From an uncultured Microbacterium sp. (GTDB lineage Bacteria; Actinomycetota; Actinomycetes; Actinomycetales; Microbacteriaceae): a stretch of 64,000 nucleotides of DNA. The position numbers and the translations under genes are program-made. The DNA lies in NCBI GenBank assembly GCA_964406225.1, contig CAYOQY010000001.1, forward strand, positions 25,382 to 89,381. Direction: 5' to 3'. Under the pieces are notes generated by a model, which was given only the letters and a program-made list of their open reading frames with translations, made no database searches and was not told the DNA's origin. Shown here in pieces: positions 38,093 to 50,057 of the stretch (its first letter is position 1; the number at the start of each line of letters is the position of its first letter).

Positions 38093-38800
38093 TCAGGCGT
38101 TGGGGCGGAGGACGAACTCGTGCAGGTCGTCGAGGGTCTGCTGCATGTGATGGTCCATGGCCGCGCGCGCCGCGACGGGGTCCCGATCGACGAGCGCCGC
38201 GAGCACGTTGGCGTGCTCCTCGATCGCGTGCCGTTGGATCTCAGGGACACGCGACGTCTGCGCCCGCCGCTCCGCCAGCACGCGCGTGAGCGGCTCGAAG
38301 AGCGCAGCCAGGAACACGTTCGCCGACCCGCGCAGGATCACGTCGTGGAATCGGAGGTCGGCCGTGACGAAGGCATCGACGTCGGATGCCGCGCTCGCGG
38401 CCCGCATGCGCTCGACGCACTCCGCCAGTTCGGCGAGCGCGCCCTCGGTCAGACCCGTCGCCGCGAGCGCTGCGGCTTCGGTCTCGAACATCCGCCGGAC
38501 CGAGATCAACTGCGTGGCCACTTCTCCGTCGTCGCCGCGCGCCGACCGGTACCGCAGGATCGCGGCGAGCGACTGCCACTCCTCGAGCGGATTGACGACC
38601 GAGCCGATGCCGGAGGTCACGCGGATGATGCCCTGGGTCGTGAGGATGCGCAGCGCCTCCCGGACGGTCACGCGGCTGACGTCATGCGCCTCGCCGATCT
38701 CCGCCTCGCTCGGCAGCGCACCGCCGACCTCGTACTCCCCGGCGATGATGCCGTCGAGAAGGGCATCGGCCACGACGGAAACGAGGGACTTGCGGGGCAT
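38093..38800 (-). CDS. GntR/FadR family regulator
   Basis: LPSEAEI..VSRVTVREAL; FCD domain (D..FH, EH, M..H). Confidence 0.93.
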   Translation of the reverse strand: MPRKSLVSVVADALLDGIIAGEYEVGGALPSEAEIGEAHDVSRVTVREALRILTTQGIIRVTSGIGSVVNPLEEWQSLAAILRYRSARGDDGEVATQLISVRRMFETEAAALAATGLTEGALAELAECVERMRAASAASDVDAFVTADLRFHDVILRGSANVFLAALFEPLTRVLAERRAQTSRVPEIQRHAIEEHANVLAALVDRDPVAARAAMDHHMQQTLDDLHEFVLRPNA

Positions 38801-38919
38801 CTCGGCTCCTCTCCCGCGTGATGTCGTCCGTAGCCTAACCGAGCGGCGCAGTGCGGACCGTGAGCCCGTGGGCGGGATCGGTACACTCGACCCGTCAGCC
38901 CTATCACCGAAGGAGCATC

Positions 38920-39948
<1,029 letters not shown>

Positions 39949-39965
39949 CACGCGCACGCCCTCCG

Positions 39966-39997
39966 CGGATGCCCCGGCCCCACGGTCGGGGCATCCG
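39966..39997 (+). terminator. GC-rich hairpin after fbaA
   Basis: CGGATGCCCCGGCC-CCAC-GGTCGGGGCATCCG. Confidence 0.7.
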
Positions 39998-40013
39998 TGC
40001 GTCCGGGACCAGA

Positions 40014-40964
40014 ATGACCGAAACTCGCCGCGGCGTCGCGGGCGGACGAGGATCGGACGAGCGCGATCCCCCCGGACGCGCGATCCCGAAGATCCGAGGA
40101 CGCGACGATGCCCCGCACTCCGACCGACACCGCACTCCGCACGCGACGGCGACGGACCGGCGAGAGGTCGAAGCCGCGATCGCGAGATCGTGGATGCTGC
40201 GCTCTCCGCTCGGCGAACTCGACCCGACGGCGGCGGATGCGCTCGTGATCGATTTGGAGGACGGCCTCCCCGCAGCACGCAAGGCCGAGGGGCGGACGGT
40301 CGCCGCGGCGTTCCTGCGCGAGTCCGCGGCATGGCTTCGCATCAGCGCGCACAGCGCACCCGGCTGGGAGGCCGACGTGGCTCTGGCCGCGGAGGCGCCC
40401 GCCCTCCGCGGCGTCATGCTGGCCGTCACCGAGTCGGCGGCCAAGATCGAGGCGACGGCGCAGAGGCTGCCGGCAGGTACCCCGGTGATCGCCCTGATCG
40501 AGTCCGCGATCGGCCTGGAGCGGGCGATGTCGATCGCGTCCCACCCCGCGACGTTCCGTCTCGCGTTCGGCACCGGGGACTTCCGGCGCGACACCGGAAT
40601 GGCCGACGATCCGGTCGTGCTGTCCTGGCCGCGCGCACGCCTGGTCGTGGCGAGCGCCGCCGCAGGCGTCGCGGCACCGATCGACGGGCCCACGCTGGGC
40701 GACGCCGACGCTGCGCGCGCGGCATCCCGGCACGCCCTCGACATGGGCATGGCGGGCAAGCTCGTCCTCCGCGACCATCACGTCGCCGCGGTCGAGGCCG
40801 GGCTCTCCCCCGATGCCGATAAGATCGCGCACGCCGTCGCGCTGCTCCGGAGCGCGCAACAGGGCGGCGGCGACGCCCTCGACGGCTCGTACGCGCCCGC
40901 GCTCGCCCGCGCCGAGCGTCTGCTCGACCGCGCCGCCGCGTTCGGCCTCGTCCCCACCCGCTGA
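40014..40964 (+). CDS. HpcH/CitE-like aldolase/citrate lyase family (start uncertain)
   Basis: ARSWML, IDLEDG, ALIESAIG, LAFGTGDF, PIDGP. Confidence 0.85.
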   Translation: MTETRRGVAGGRGSDERDPPGRAIPKIRGRDDAPHSDRHRTPHATATDRREVEAAIARSWMLRSPLGELDPTAADALVIDLEDGLPAARKAEGRTVAAAFLRESAAWLRISAHSAPGWEADVALAAEAPALRGVMLAVTESAAKIEATAQRLPAGTPVIALIESAIGLERAMSIASHPATFRLAFGTGDFRRDTGMADDPVVLSWPRARLVVASAAAGVAAPIDGPTLGDADAARAASRHALDMGMAGKLVLRDHHVAAVEAGLSPDADKIAHAVALLRSAQQGGGDALDGSYAPALARAERLLDRAAAFGLVPTR

Positions 40965-40980
40965 GCGCGGCGGACGGCGA

Positions 40981-41547
40981 CTACACGGGGTCGCGATAGA
41001 TCTCGAGCACGGTCGGAGCGTCGACCGGACGCGAGACGACCTCGATCGGATCGCCCGCGGTGACCCATCCGTTGCGCCGCACGCGCAGGTAGGGTCCGAG
41101 CCGACGCTCGGCGGAGAAGCGCTTGACCCAGCCCCTCTGCTCGGGTCCCCCCACCCAGCGGGCGAAGGTCTGGCAGGGCGTCCGCGGCATCGTGACCTCG
41201 ACCGTCACGGTCTCGCCGATGCGCCAGACCTCGCCGATCCGCGCCGCGTTGACGTCGATGCCGACGGTGCGGAGGTTCTCGCCGAAGAATCCGGGCGGCA
41301 GCTTCCGTCCGAGTTCGGCCTCCCAGAAGGCCGCGTCCTCCTCCGCGTATGCGTACAGCGCCTTGTCCAGGCCGCCGTGGTGCTTGCGATCGGCCTGGAC
41401 GTCGGCACCGACGCCGAACCGGCCGATCTTGACGCGTCCGGAAAGCGGCCGCTTGTCGATCGCCGTCACGCGGTCGCGGCCGCCGTCGGGATGAAGCTGC
41501 GCCACGGCGCACACGGCGACGAGGCGGGCGGAGGTGCTCTCGGCCAT
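40981..41547 (-). CDS. MOSC domain protein (YiiM-like)
   Basis: TAIDKRP, HHGGLDKA, FGENL, PRTPC. Confidence 0.92.
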   Translation of the reverse strand: MAESTSARLVAVCAVAQLHPDGGRDRVTAIDKRPLSGRVKIGRFGVGADVQADRKHHGGLDKALYAYAEEDAAFWEAELGRKLPPGFFGENLRTVGIDVNAARIGEVWRIGETVTVEVTMPRTPCQTFARWVGGPEQRGWVKRFSAERRLGPYLRVRRNGWVTAGDPIEVVSRPVDAPTVLEIYRDPV

Positions 41548-41552
41548 GGAGG

Positions 41553-42149
41553 TCAGCGCATGCTCCCGACGACCGCGTCCCACAGGGTCGGGTCCGAGAC
41601 GATCGGCACCATCAGGAGCACGCCGGCGACGAACGTGAAGACGACCCCCGCGACGAGCGGGATCCAGAACGTCACGCGCCCGCGCCCGAGGCTCCGCCAC
41701 GACACGTACGCCGTGAGCAGCCAGCCGATCGCGAGCACGAGCGCCGCGGCGATGCCCCACGGCCTGCCGGCCGTCGGGTCGGCGAACTGCGCCTCGACGC
41801 CGAGGAGCTCGAGCACCGTGCCCGCATACGAGCGATAGTCGACCATGGTCGGGATGCCGGTCACGACGTTCACGAGCCCGTAGACCAGCAGCGCGATCGT
41901 CGCGACGCGATCGGCGAACCGCCCGCGGCCGGTCGGCGCGGCCTCGCGCTTGGCGGTGGTCGCCGGTGAGAGGGACGGGGAGTCCGCCGGCACCGCGCCC
42001 TTCAGCGCATCCGGGTCCTGTCCGGTCTCGAGCAGTCGCGTCATGTCCGGCTGGCGGATGCGTGCGCGCTGTTCTTCGGGGGTCGCGTACTCGCCGTACT
42101 GCGGACGCGGACGCGGGTCGGCGGACTCGCTCGGGCCTGCTTCGCTCAC
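41553..42149 (-). CDS. Membrane protein (DUF6264-like)
   Basis: [16 protein letters not shown]; three TM helices; FWIPL; coupled to ispH. Confidence 0.75.
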   Translation of the reverse strand: MSEAGPSESADPRPRPQYGEYATPEEQRARIRQPDMTRLLETGQDPDALKGAVPADSPSLSPATTAKREAAPTGRGRFADRVATIALLVYGLVNVVTGIPTMVDYRSYAGTVLELLGVEAQFADPTAGRPWGIAAALVLAIGWLLTAYVSWRSLGRGRVTFWIPLVAGVVFTFVAGVLLMVPIVSDPTLWDAVVGSMR

Positions 42150-43207
42150 GCGTCGACCCGTCCGCCGAGGGCGCGATCGTCGCGACGGCCGGAGGCGTCC
42201 TGCCGCAGCTCCTTCGGCAGGGAGAACATGAGGTCCTCCTGCGCCGTCTTCACTTCCTCGATGTCGCGGTAACCGGCGTCGGCGAGATCGGCGAGGACCT
42301 CCTCGACGAGGACCTCCGGGACGGATGCCCCGCTGGTCACACCGACCGTCTCCACGCCCTCGAACCACTCCTGCCGGACCTCGTCGGCATAGTCGACGCG
42401 GTAGGCCGCCTTCGCGCCGTACTCGAGAGCGACCTCGACCAGTCGCACGCTGTTGGAGGAGTTCGCCGAGCCGACGACGATCACCAGATCGGCATCCTTC
42501 GCCACCTTCTTGATCGCCACCTGCCGGTTCTGGGTGGCGTAGCAGATGTCATCCGACGGCGGATCCTGCAGCTGGGGGAATCGCTCGCGCAGACGCCGTA
42601 CGGTCTCCATGGTCTCGTCGACCGAGAGTGTGGTCTGCGACAGCCAGACGACCTTCGAAGGGTCCTTCACCTCGACGGTGTCGGCGTGCTCGGGAGAGTT
42701 GACGACCGTGACGTGATCCGGAGCCTCGCCCGCCGTGCCCTCGACCTCTTCGTGTCCTTCGTGGCCGATCAGCAGGATCTCGAAGTCGTCGCGCGCGAAG
42801 CGGACGGCTTCACGATGCACCTTCGTGACGAGCGGGCACGTCGCGTCGATGGCCTGCAGACTGCGATCGGATGCCGCCGACACGACGGCCGGCGAGACGC
42901 CGTGGGCGCTGAAGACGACGTGCGCACCCTCGGGAACCTCGTCGACCTCCTCGACGAAGATCGCACCGGCCGCCTCGAGCTCGGTGACGACGTGGATGTT
43001 GTGCACGATCTGCTTGCGCACGTAGACCGGCGCCCCGAACCGCTCGAGCGCCTTCTCGACCGCGATCACGGCACGGTCGACGCCCGCGCAGTACCCGCGG
43101 GGGGCCGCCAGCAGAACCTTCTTCTGTCCGGCGACGGGGATATCCTGGAGGCGCTCTCGTCGCCGCGGAACGCGGGGGACGGGCATGCGGACGGCCGAAG
43201 TGGTCAC
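42146..43207 (-). CDS. ispH: 4-hydroxy-3-methylbut-2-enyl diphosphate reductase
   Basis: [44 protein letters not shown]. Confidence 0.98.
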   Translation of the reverse strand: MTTSAVRMPVPRVPRRRERLQDIPVAGQKKVLLAAPRGYCAGVDRAVIAVEKALERFGAPVYVRKQIVHNIHVVTELEAAGAIFVEEVDEVPEGAHVVFSAHGVSPAVVSAASDRSLQAIDATCPLVTKVHREAVRFARDDFEILLIGHEGHEEVEGTAGEAPDHVTVVNSPEHADTVEVKDPSKVVWLSQTTLSVDETMETVRRLRERFPQLQDPPSDDICYATQNRQVAIKKVAKDADLVIVVGSANSSNSVRLVEVALEYGAKAAYRVDYADEVRQEWFEGVETVGVTSGASVPEVLVEEVLADLADAGYRDIEEVKTAQEDLMFSLPKELRQDASGRRDDRALGGRVDA

Positions 43208-43303
43208 ACTCCGAGTCTACGGGGGCGTCCTGGGCACGGGCCGTGCGCGCGATGCGGCCCGACACCCCACCGGCGACAGGAGTCCGCCAGACGAGAGGAT
43301 CGG

Positions 43304-44572
43304 ATGACGACGTTCCAGGCCGAGCCCGTGGCGGGCGAGCCGCCCCCACCCGACTCCGTACGTCCGCGGGATTCGACCCCGGCCGCCCCGACCTCCGTCG
43401 GTCGACTCAACGACACCATCCGCGGCTTCGTCGAGACATGGGGCTCCGTCTGGGTCGAGGGTGAGATCACGTCGTGGAACGTGCGCACGGGCAACGTCTT
43501 CGGCCGTTTGAAGGACCTGTCGACGGACGCGACCATCTCCTTCCGCATCTGGTCGAGCACCCGGCAGCGGCTTCCCGCCGATCTCTCCGTCGGCGACCAT
43601 GTCATCGCCGCGGTGAAGGCGGACTACTTCGTCAAGACCGGCGACTTCAGCTTCGCGGTCTCCTCCATGCGGCACGTCGGACTCGGCGACCAGCTCGAAC
43701 GGCTCGAACGGCTGCGCGCCGCCCTCCGTCGTGAAGGCCTGTTCGACGCCGCCCGCAAGAAGCCCCTTCCCTTCCTCCCCCACGTGATCGGACTCATCAC
43801 GGGCGAGAAATCGGATGCCGAGAAGGACGTCCGCCACAACGCCGAGCTGCGCTGGCCGCACGTGCGCTTCCGCACCGCGTACGCGGCCGTCCAGGGCGAC
43901 CGCTGCGTCCCCGAGACGATCGGCGCGCTGCGCGCGCTGGATGCCGACCCCGAGGTGGACGTCATCGTGATCGCCCGCGGCGGCGGCGATCCGCAGCATC
44001 TCCTGGGCTTCAGCGACGAACGGCTGCTGCGCGCCGTGGCGGCGGCATCCACCCCCGTCGTGAGCGCGATCGGCCACGAGAACGACCATCCGCTTCTGGA
44101 CGATGTCGCCGACCTGCGGGCATCGACCCCGACCGACGCCGCGAAGCGCGTCGTGCCCGACGTCGTCGAGCAGCGCGCCGCGGTCGCGCAGCTCAGATCC
44201 CGGCTGACGATGCGCCTGTCGCAGCGCGTGAGCCATGACATCGCACAGCTCGAGCAGCTGCGGTCGCGCCCGGTCCTGCGCGCACCCGAGACGATGATCG
44301 ACGCGCGCTCGCAGCAGCAGTGGCTGCTCGTCGCGCGCGGCCGCGACGTGGTCGAGCGCGCCCTCGAAGCGCAGGCCCGGCGGACCGCCGAACTCCGCGC
44401 GGCGCTGCGCACCCTGTCGCCGGCCTCCACTCTCGCGCGGGGCTACGCGATCGCGCATCTGACCGACGGGGTGATCGTGCGCGACGCCGCTCAGGCACCC
44501 GCCGGCGCCTCGGTCTTCGTCACCGTCGGCCGCGGTTCGTTCGCGGCTCGCTCGGACGGCCCGATCGAGTGA
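43304..44572 (+). CDS. xseA: Exodeoxyribonuclease VII large subunit
   Basis: [39 protein letters not shown]. Confidence 0.97.
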   Translation: MTTFQAEPVAGEPPPPDSVRPRDSTPAAPTSVGRLNDTIRGFVETWGSVWVEGEITSWNVRTGNVFGRLKDLSTDATISFRIWSSTRQRLPADLSVGDHVIAAVKADYFVKTGDFSFAVSSMRHVGLGDQLERLERLRAALRREGLFDAARKKPLPFLPHVIGLITGEKSDAEKDVRHNAELRWPHVRFRTAYAAVQGDRCVPETIGALRALDADPEVDVIVIARGGGDPQHLLGFSDERLLRAVAAASTPVVSAIGHENDHPLLDDVADLRASTPTDAAKRVVPDVVEQRAAVAQLRSRLTMRLSQRVSHDIAQLEQLRSRPVLRAPETMIDARSQQQWLLVARGRDVVERALEAQARRTAELRAALRTLSPASTLARGYAIAHLTDGVIVRDAAQAPAGASVFVTVGRGSFAARSDGPIE

Positions 44573-44592
44573 CCGACTCTAGAATGGAAGCC

Positions 44593-44832
44593 ATGACCGC
44601 AACGAGCGAAGGCGTCCCCGACGTCGCGACCCTCTCGTTCGAGCAGGCGCGCGACGAGCTCGTGCGCGTCGTCGCCGAACTCGAGCAGGGTGCGCCGACG
44701 CTCGAGCACTCGCTCGCGCTGTGGGAGCGCGGTGAAGCTCTCGCCGCCCGGTGCGAGGAGTGGCTGCTGGGCGCCAAGCGCCGCCTGGATGCCGCCCGCA
44801 ACCGCCCCGTCGACGACGAGATGGAAGCGTGA
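44593..44832 (+). CDS. xseB: Exodeoxyribonuclease VII small subunit
   Basis: [25 protein letters not shown]. Confidence 0.95.
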   Translation: MTATSEGVPDVATLSFEQARDELVRVVAELEQGAPTLEHSLALWERGEALAARCEEWLLGAKRRLDAARNRPVDDEMEA

Positions 44833-44842
44833 GGGCCGCGCG

Positions 44843-45502
44843 ATGATGGCACAGAGCCCCCGGGTCGTCGCCGAGCTCGGCCGACCCGAAACCCCCGACG
44901 AGGCCGCGTCGCGCAAAGCGGAGTCCTCCCGCGTCTACCGGGCGAGCCAGAACACGCGCAACCTGATCGCCGCGCTGCTCGTCACCCTCGCGGTCGTCGC
45001 GGTCATCGTCTTCGGCGTGCCGCGCGGCACGCCGCCGGAGCGGGAGCCGATCGACGTCGCGTCGGTCGCCCAGACGATCGAAGCGGCCGAGTCCCGCACG
45101 GTGATCGTCCCCGCCGTCCCGGCCGAGTGGCTCGTGAATCAGGCCTCCGTCGAGGGCGACGCGGTGTCCGCCTGGACGGTCGTCTACGTTCCGGGCGAAG
45201 ACGCGGGATTCCTGCGCGTCGCCCAGGGCTTCGACGCGGATCCCGCCTGGACGACCCGCGTGCTCACCGGCGCATCGGTCGAAGACACCGTCACGATCAA
45301 CGGCGTCGAATGGGACCGCTACGACATCGACGACCCGGCCCGCGCGGGCAATGTGACCGGCGCACTCAGCACGGATGCCGGCGCGGACGTCGTGCTCGTG
45401 TACGGCTCGACCGACGACGCGACGCTCGAACTGGCGGCCGGGTCGATCGCCGATCAGGTCCTCGCGCTGCGCACCGAGGCCCCCACGGACGAGGATCGAT
45501 GA
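44843..45502 (+). CDS. DUF4245-like membrane-anchored protein
   Basis: VVAELGRPETP, single TM helix, position after xseB. Confidence 0.8.
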   Translation: MMAQSPRVVAELGRPETPDEAASRKAESSRVYRASQNTRNLIAALLVTLAVVAVIVFGVPRGTPPEREPIDVASVAQTIEAAESRTVIVPAVPAEWLVNQASVEGDAVSAWTVVYVPGEDAGFLRVAQGFDADPAWTTRVLTGASVEDTVTINGVEWDRYDIDDPARAGNVTGALSTDAGADVVLVYGSTDDATLELAAGSIADQVLALRTEAPTDEDR

Positions 45503-45636
45503 GGTCGGAGCGCTGACACCACCCGGCGCCGACATGCACGCCCCACCCACGACACCGCATCACCACCAGCCGCTGACACACACCCGCGCCCCGGATCGGA
45601 CCGGGGCGCAAGACGAAGCATGACCGAGGAGGAACC

Positions 45637-46284
45637 GTGACCGCACCCACCCCGCTCAAGGCCTGGCAGGAGATGCAGCGCGGCAACGCCCGCTTCGTCG
45701 CCGGCGAACCGCGCCACCCGCGACAGGACGTCGAGCGCCGGGCGGAACTCGCCACCGGCCAACGGCCGCGCGCCGCGCTGTTCGGCTGCTCCGACTCGCG
45801 TCTGTCGGCCGAGATCATCTTCGACAAGGGCCTCGGCGATCTCTTCGTGGTGCGCAACGCCGGTCAGGTCATCTCCGACTCCGTCGTGGGCAGCCTCGAA
45901 TACGCCGTCGCCGTGCTCGAGGTGCCGCTCATCGTCATCCTCGGCCACGACGCGTGCGGCGCGGTCAACGCCGCGATCGACAGCGTCGCCGTCGACGCGC
46001 CCGCCCTTCCTCCGCGCATCTGGCGGCAGATCGCGCCCATCGTGCCGGCCGTTCGGCGCGTGCAGCGCGAGTCCTCTGTGGACGGCACCCTCCCCGAGTC
46101 GATCGACGCCGACCTGGTCGGTCGCGAGCATCTGCGCGACACGGTCGCCGAACTGCTCCACTCGTCCGAGCTCATCAGCGACGCCGTCGCGGAGGGTCGC
46201 GTCGCGATCGTGGGCGCGAACTACCGACTGGCGGAGGGCACCGCCGTCCCCGACATCATCCTCGGCGTCGAATCCGACGCCTGA
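45637..46284 (+). CDS. Beta-class carbonic anhydrase
   Basis: [34 protein letters not shown]. Confidence 0.95.
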   Translation: MTAPTPLKAWQEMQRGNARFVAGEPRHPRQDVERRAELATGQRPRAALFGCSDSRLSAEIIFDKGLGDLFVVRNAGQVISDSVVGSLEYAVAVLEVPLIVILGHDACGAVNAAIDSVAVDAPALPPRIWRQIAPIVPAVRRVQRESSVDGTLPESIDADLVGREHLRDTVAELLHSSELISDAVAEGRVAIVGANYRLAEGTAVPDIILGVESDA

Positions 46285-46318
46285 GCACGACCATCCCGAC
46301 CTCTGGAGGAACGAAGAC

Positions 46319-47713
46319 GTGACCGACATCGAGTACCGCATCGAACACGACACCATGGGTGAAGTCCGTGTGCCCAAGGACGCGCTCTACGCGGCGCAGA
46401 CCCAGCGGGCCGTGGAGAACTTCCCGATCTCGGGAGATGCCCTCGACCCTGCGCAGATCGTCGCGCTCGCGCGCATCAAGAAGGCGGCGGCCCTCGCGAA
46501 CAAGCACCTGGGAACGCTCGACGCCACGATCGCGGATGCGATCGCGCGCGCCGCCGACCGCATCATCGCGGGCGAGTACTCCGACCAGTTCCCGATCGAC
46601 GTCTACCAGACCGGCAGCGGCACGTCCTCGAACATGAACATGAACGAGGTCCTCGCGACACTCGCGACGCGCGACCTCGGCGCCCCCGTCCACCCCAACG
46701 ACCACGTCAACGCGTCGCAGTCCTCGAACGACGTCTTCCCCACCTCGGTGCACATCGCGGTGACGCAGGAGCTCATCGACGACCTGATCCCCGCCCTCGA
46801 CCACCTCGCCGTCGCGCTCGAGGCGAAGGCGGAGGCGTGGAAGGACGTCGTCAAGTCGGGTCGCACCCACCTCATGGACGCCACACCCGTGACGCTCGGC
46901 CAGGAGTTCGGCGGCTACGCCCGCCAGATGCGTCTCGGCATCGAGCGCGTACAGGCCGTGCTGTCGCGCGTCGCGGAGGTTCCGCTCGGCGGAACGGCCG
47001 TGGGCACCGGAATCAACACGCCGCTCGGCTTCCCGCAGAAGGTGATCGAGCTCATTGTCTCCGACACCGAGCTGCCGATCACCGAGGCGAAGGATCACTT
47101 CGAGGCACAGGCCAACCGGGACGGCCTCGTCGAGGCGTCCGGCGCCCTGCGGACGATCGCGGTGTCGCTGACGAAGATCAACAACGACCTCCGCTGGATG
47201 GGCTCGGGGCCCAACACCGGCCTGGCAGAGCTGCACATCCCCGACCTCCAGCCCGGTTCGTCGATCATGCCCGGCAAGGTCAACCCGGTCGTGCCCGAAG
47301 CCACGCTCATGGTGTGCGCGCGTGTGATCGGCAACGACGCGACCGTGGCCTGGGCGGGCGCCTCCGGCGCCTTCGAGCTGAACGTGGCGATCCCCGTGAT
47401 GGGCACCGCGGTGCTCGAGTCGATCCGCCTGCTCGCGAACGCGATGCGCATCCTCGCCGACAAGACGATCGACGGACTCGAGGCGAACGTCGAGCGCGCC
47501 GCCGCCTACGCGGGCATGTCGCCGTCCATCGTGACGCCGCTGAACAAGCTCATCGGCTATGAGGCCGCGGCGAAGATCGCGAAGCACTCCGTCGCCAAGG
47601 GCATCACGGTGCGCGAAGCGGTCATCGACCTCGGCTACGTCGAGCGCGGCGACATCACCCTGGAGCAACTCGACGAGAAGCTGGACCTGCTCTCGATGAC
47701 CCACCCGGGCTGA
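46319..47713 (+). CDS. fumC: Fumarate hydratase class II
   Basis: [41 protein letters not shown]. Confidence 0.97.
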   Translation: MTDIEYRIEHDTMGEVRVPKDALYAAQTQRAVENFPISGDALDPAQIVALARIKKAAALANKHLGTLDATIADAIARAADRIIAGEYSDQFPIDVYQTGSGTSSNMNMNEVLATLATRDLGAPVHPNDHVNASQSSNDVFPTSVHIAVTQELIDDLIPALDHLAVALEAKAEAWKDVVKSGRTHLMDATPVTLGQEFGGYARQMRLGIERVQAVLSRVAEVPLGGTAVGTGINTPLGFPQKVIELIVSDTELPITEAKDHFEAQANRDGLVEASGALRTIAVSLTKINNDLRWMGSGPNTGLAELHIPDLQPGSSIMPGKVNPVVPEATLMVCARVIGNDATVAWAGASGAFELNVAIPVMGTAVLESIRLLANAMRILADKTIDGLEANVERAAAYAGMSPSIVTPLNKLIGYEAAAKIAKHSVAKGITVREAVIDLGYVERGDITLEQLDEKLDLLSMTHPG

Positions 47714-47732
47714 CGAGCACAGCACCACGCGG

Positions 47733-49295
47733 ATGTCACTCCGGCGCGATAATCGGGAGGTGACCCGCCCGTCCCGCCCGCTCTCGGCACGCGCCCGCAT
47801 CCTGGGTGCGATCCTCGCCGTGGCGTGCATCGGGCTGGCGATCGTGGGCAGCGTCACGTTCCTCGTCCAGCGCGAGCGCGTGATCGCGGAGGTGCGCGAC
47901 CGTCTGACCGCCCAGGTGGAGCGTCTGAGCACAGTCGCTGACGGGGATCCGGCGGCGGATACCGCCGAGGACGGCGGCACCGCCCCCGGCGCTCCGGGAA
48001 CGACCACTGCCGAAGAACAGCTCGATGTCGACCAGTTCACCAGCGTGGAAGAGTACCTGCGGGCGGTCGTTGCGCGCCTCGTCCCGGCCCGCAACGAGGG
48101 AGCCGTCGCGATCATCGACGGTGAACCCCGGTTCGTTCCGTCGACGCTGTCGGGCTTCGACATCTCGGAGGACGAGCGGTTCCTCGCGCGCGTCATCGAG
48201 GAGACGGCGAGCGGGGAGACGAAGATCGGCACAGCGGTGACGGATGCCGGCTCGCTCCGCTACATCGCCATCCCGGTGTCGATGGACGGAGATCCACAGA
48301 GCGGGATCTACGTGCGTGCGATCGACCTGGGTGCCGAGCTCAGTCCCGTCACCGCCGCGATCACGACGTACTCGATCGCAGCGGTCGTCATGCTGGGCGC
48401 GATCGGCTTCGTCGGGTGGTTCGTCGCGGGGCGTCTCCTCTCCCCCATCCGCGACCTGCGTGACGCCGCGGACGCGATCACCCTGGGTGACATGTCACCG
48501 CGCCTGGCGCCGCAGGGCAACGACGACATCTCCGACCTGACCCGCACGGTCAACTCGATGCTCGATCGTCTGGAAGGCTCCGTCGACGTCCAGCGGCAGC
48601 TTCTGGACGACGTGCGCCACGAGCTGAAGACCCCCATCACGATCGTGCGCGGTCATCTGGAGATGATGAACCCCGGCGATGCCGCCGACGTCGCGGCGAC
48701 GCGCGAGATCGGGATCGCCGAACTCGACCGCATGACCCGTCTGGTCGAGGACATCGACCTGCTCGCCACGGTCGAGGGAGACGGCTTCACGCTGTCCGAG
48801 ATCGACCTCGGCGCTCTGACCGCCCGGATGTCCGAACTGGTGGCCGTGATCCCCGGTCACGCGTGGAGTGTCGACGGCCGCGCCGACGGTCGTCTCATCG
48901 GCGATTCCGACCGTCTGCTGCAGGCGTGGCTGCAGCTGGCCGACAACGCCGCGAAGTACACGCCTCCTGGTTCGCCGATCCAGTTGGGGAGCGCGCAGGA
49001 CGAGACCGGCGCACGCCTCTGGGTGCGCGACCACGGACCCGGCATCCCGCCCGCGTCGCGGCATCGCATCTTCCGTCGGTTCGACCGCGCCCAGGGCAAG
49101 CGCACGGTCGGCGGGTCGGGACTGGGCCTCGCGATCGTGGATGCGATCGCGAAGGGCCACGGTGGTCAGTGCCTCGTGACCGACACCCCCGGCGGAGGTG
49201 CGACGTTCACGATCCATCTGCCGCCGCCCGCAGCAGATCTGCCCGCCCCCGTCCGGGCCGGCGACGTCGTACTGCAGAGGGAGGCGATCGAATGA
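47733..49295 (+). CDS. Sensor histidine kinase (HAMP)
   Basis: Two TM helices, HAMP, HELKTP, DNAAKY, DHGPG, GSGLGL; start may be 47760. Confidence 0.95.
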   Translation: MSLRRDNREVTRPSRPLSARARILGAILAVACIGLAIVGSVTFLVQRERVIAEVRDRLTAQVERLSTVADGDPAADTAEDGGTAPGAPGTTTAEEQLDVDQFTSVEEYLRAVVARLVPARNEGAVAIIDGEPRFVPSTLSGFDISEDERFLARVIEETASGETKIGTAVTDAGSLRYIAIPVSMDGDPQSGIYVRAIDLGAELSPVTAAITTYSIAAVVMLGAIGFVGWFVAGRLLSPIRDLRDAADAITLGDMSPRLAPQGNDDISDLTRTVNSMLDRLEGSVDVQRQLLDDVRHELKTPITIVRGHLEMMNPGDAADVAATREIGIAELDRMTRLVEDIDLLATVEGDGFTLSEIDLGALTARMSELVAVIPGHAWSVDGRADGRLIGDSDRLLQAWLQLADNAAKYTPPGSPIQLGSAQDETGARLWVRDHGPGIPPASRHRIFRRFDRAQGKRTVGGSGLGLAIVDAIAKGHGGQCLVTDTPGGGATFTIHLPPPAADLPAPVRAGDVVLQREAIE

Positions 49296-49948
49296 CGACG
49301 ATCCTGGTCATCGAAGACGAGCCGCAGATCGCGGCGTTCGTCAGTCGCGGCCTCGAGTCCGCCGGCTACACGACCGTGCTCGTCGAGGACGGTGCCGAGG
49401 GTCTGCAAAGGGCGCTCGCCGGAGACGTCGACCTGGTGCTCCTCGACGTCGGCCTGCCGACCCTCGACGGCTTCGCCGTGCTGCGGGAGCTGAGGGCGCG
49501 TGGGTCGAACATCCCCGTCATCATGCTCACCGCCCGGTCGAGCACCCGCGACACGGTCGAGGGGCTGGATGCCGGCGCGAACGACTACGTTTCGAAACCC
49601 TTCACGTTCGAGGAGCTGCTGGCGCGAGTGCGATCGCGACTCCGAGAACGCACGGGTGCCGGCAATGTCTCGGTGTCGCACGGAGATGTCGTGCTCGACA
49701 TCCTCGCTCGACGCGCAACCGTCGGGGGACGGGAGGTGGAACTTTCTGCGCGCGAGTTCGCCCTCGCCGAGCAGTTCCTCCGCAGCCCGGGCCGCGTGCT
49801 GACCCGGGAACAGCTGCTCAGTCGGGTGTGGGGGCTCGATTTCGACCCCGGCTCGAACGTCGTGGATGTGTATGTGCGATACCTCCGAGGCAAGCTCGGC
49901 AGCCAGCACATCGTGACGGTACGCGGTGCCGGTTATCGCTGGGAGTGA
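49292..49948 (+). CDS. OmpR-family response regulator
   Basis: ILVIEDE, LLDVGLP, LTAR, KPF, NVVDVYV, TVRGAGY. Confidence 0.96.
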   Translation: MTTILVIEDEPQIAAFVSRGLESAGYTTVLVEDGAEGLQRALAGDVDLVLLDVGLPTLDGFAVLRELRARGSNIPVIMLTARSSTRDTVEGLDAGANDYVSKPFTFEELLARVRSRLRERTGAGNVSVSHGDVVLDILARRATVGGREVELSAREFALAEQFLRSPGRVLTREQLLSRVWGLDFDPGSNVVDVYVRYLRGKLGSQHIVTVRGAGYRWE

Positions 49949-49980
49949 CGTCGACGGGCGAGACGTACTCATGACGTCAG

Positions 49981-50047
49981 AGAAGCCCCCGGTGCTGGGG
50001 GAAGCACCGGGGGCTGGGGAGGGGCCGGGCTGGGGGTAGCCGGCCGC
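49981..50047 (-). ncRNA. 6C-like RNA (two hairpins with C-rich loops)
   Basis: Minus strand GGCCGGCT-ACCCCC-AGCCCGGCC, linker CCTCCCC, AGCCCCCGGTGCT-TCCCCC-AGCACCGGGGGCT-TCT. Confidence 0.55.
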
Positions 50048-50057
50048 AGCAATCGCG

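Noticed and set aside
34031-38919. Mobile-element boundaries around the GntP-kinase cluster
   Set aside because: No direct or inverted repeats, integrase or transposase were found by eye.
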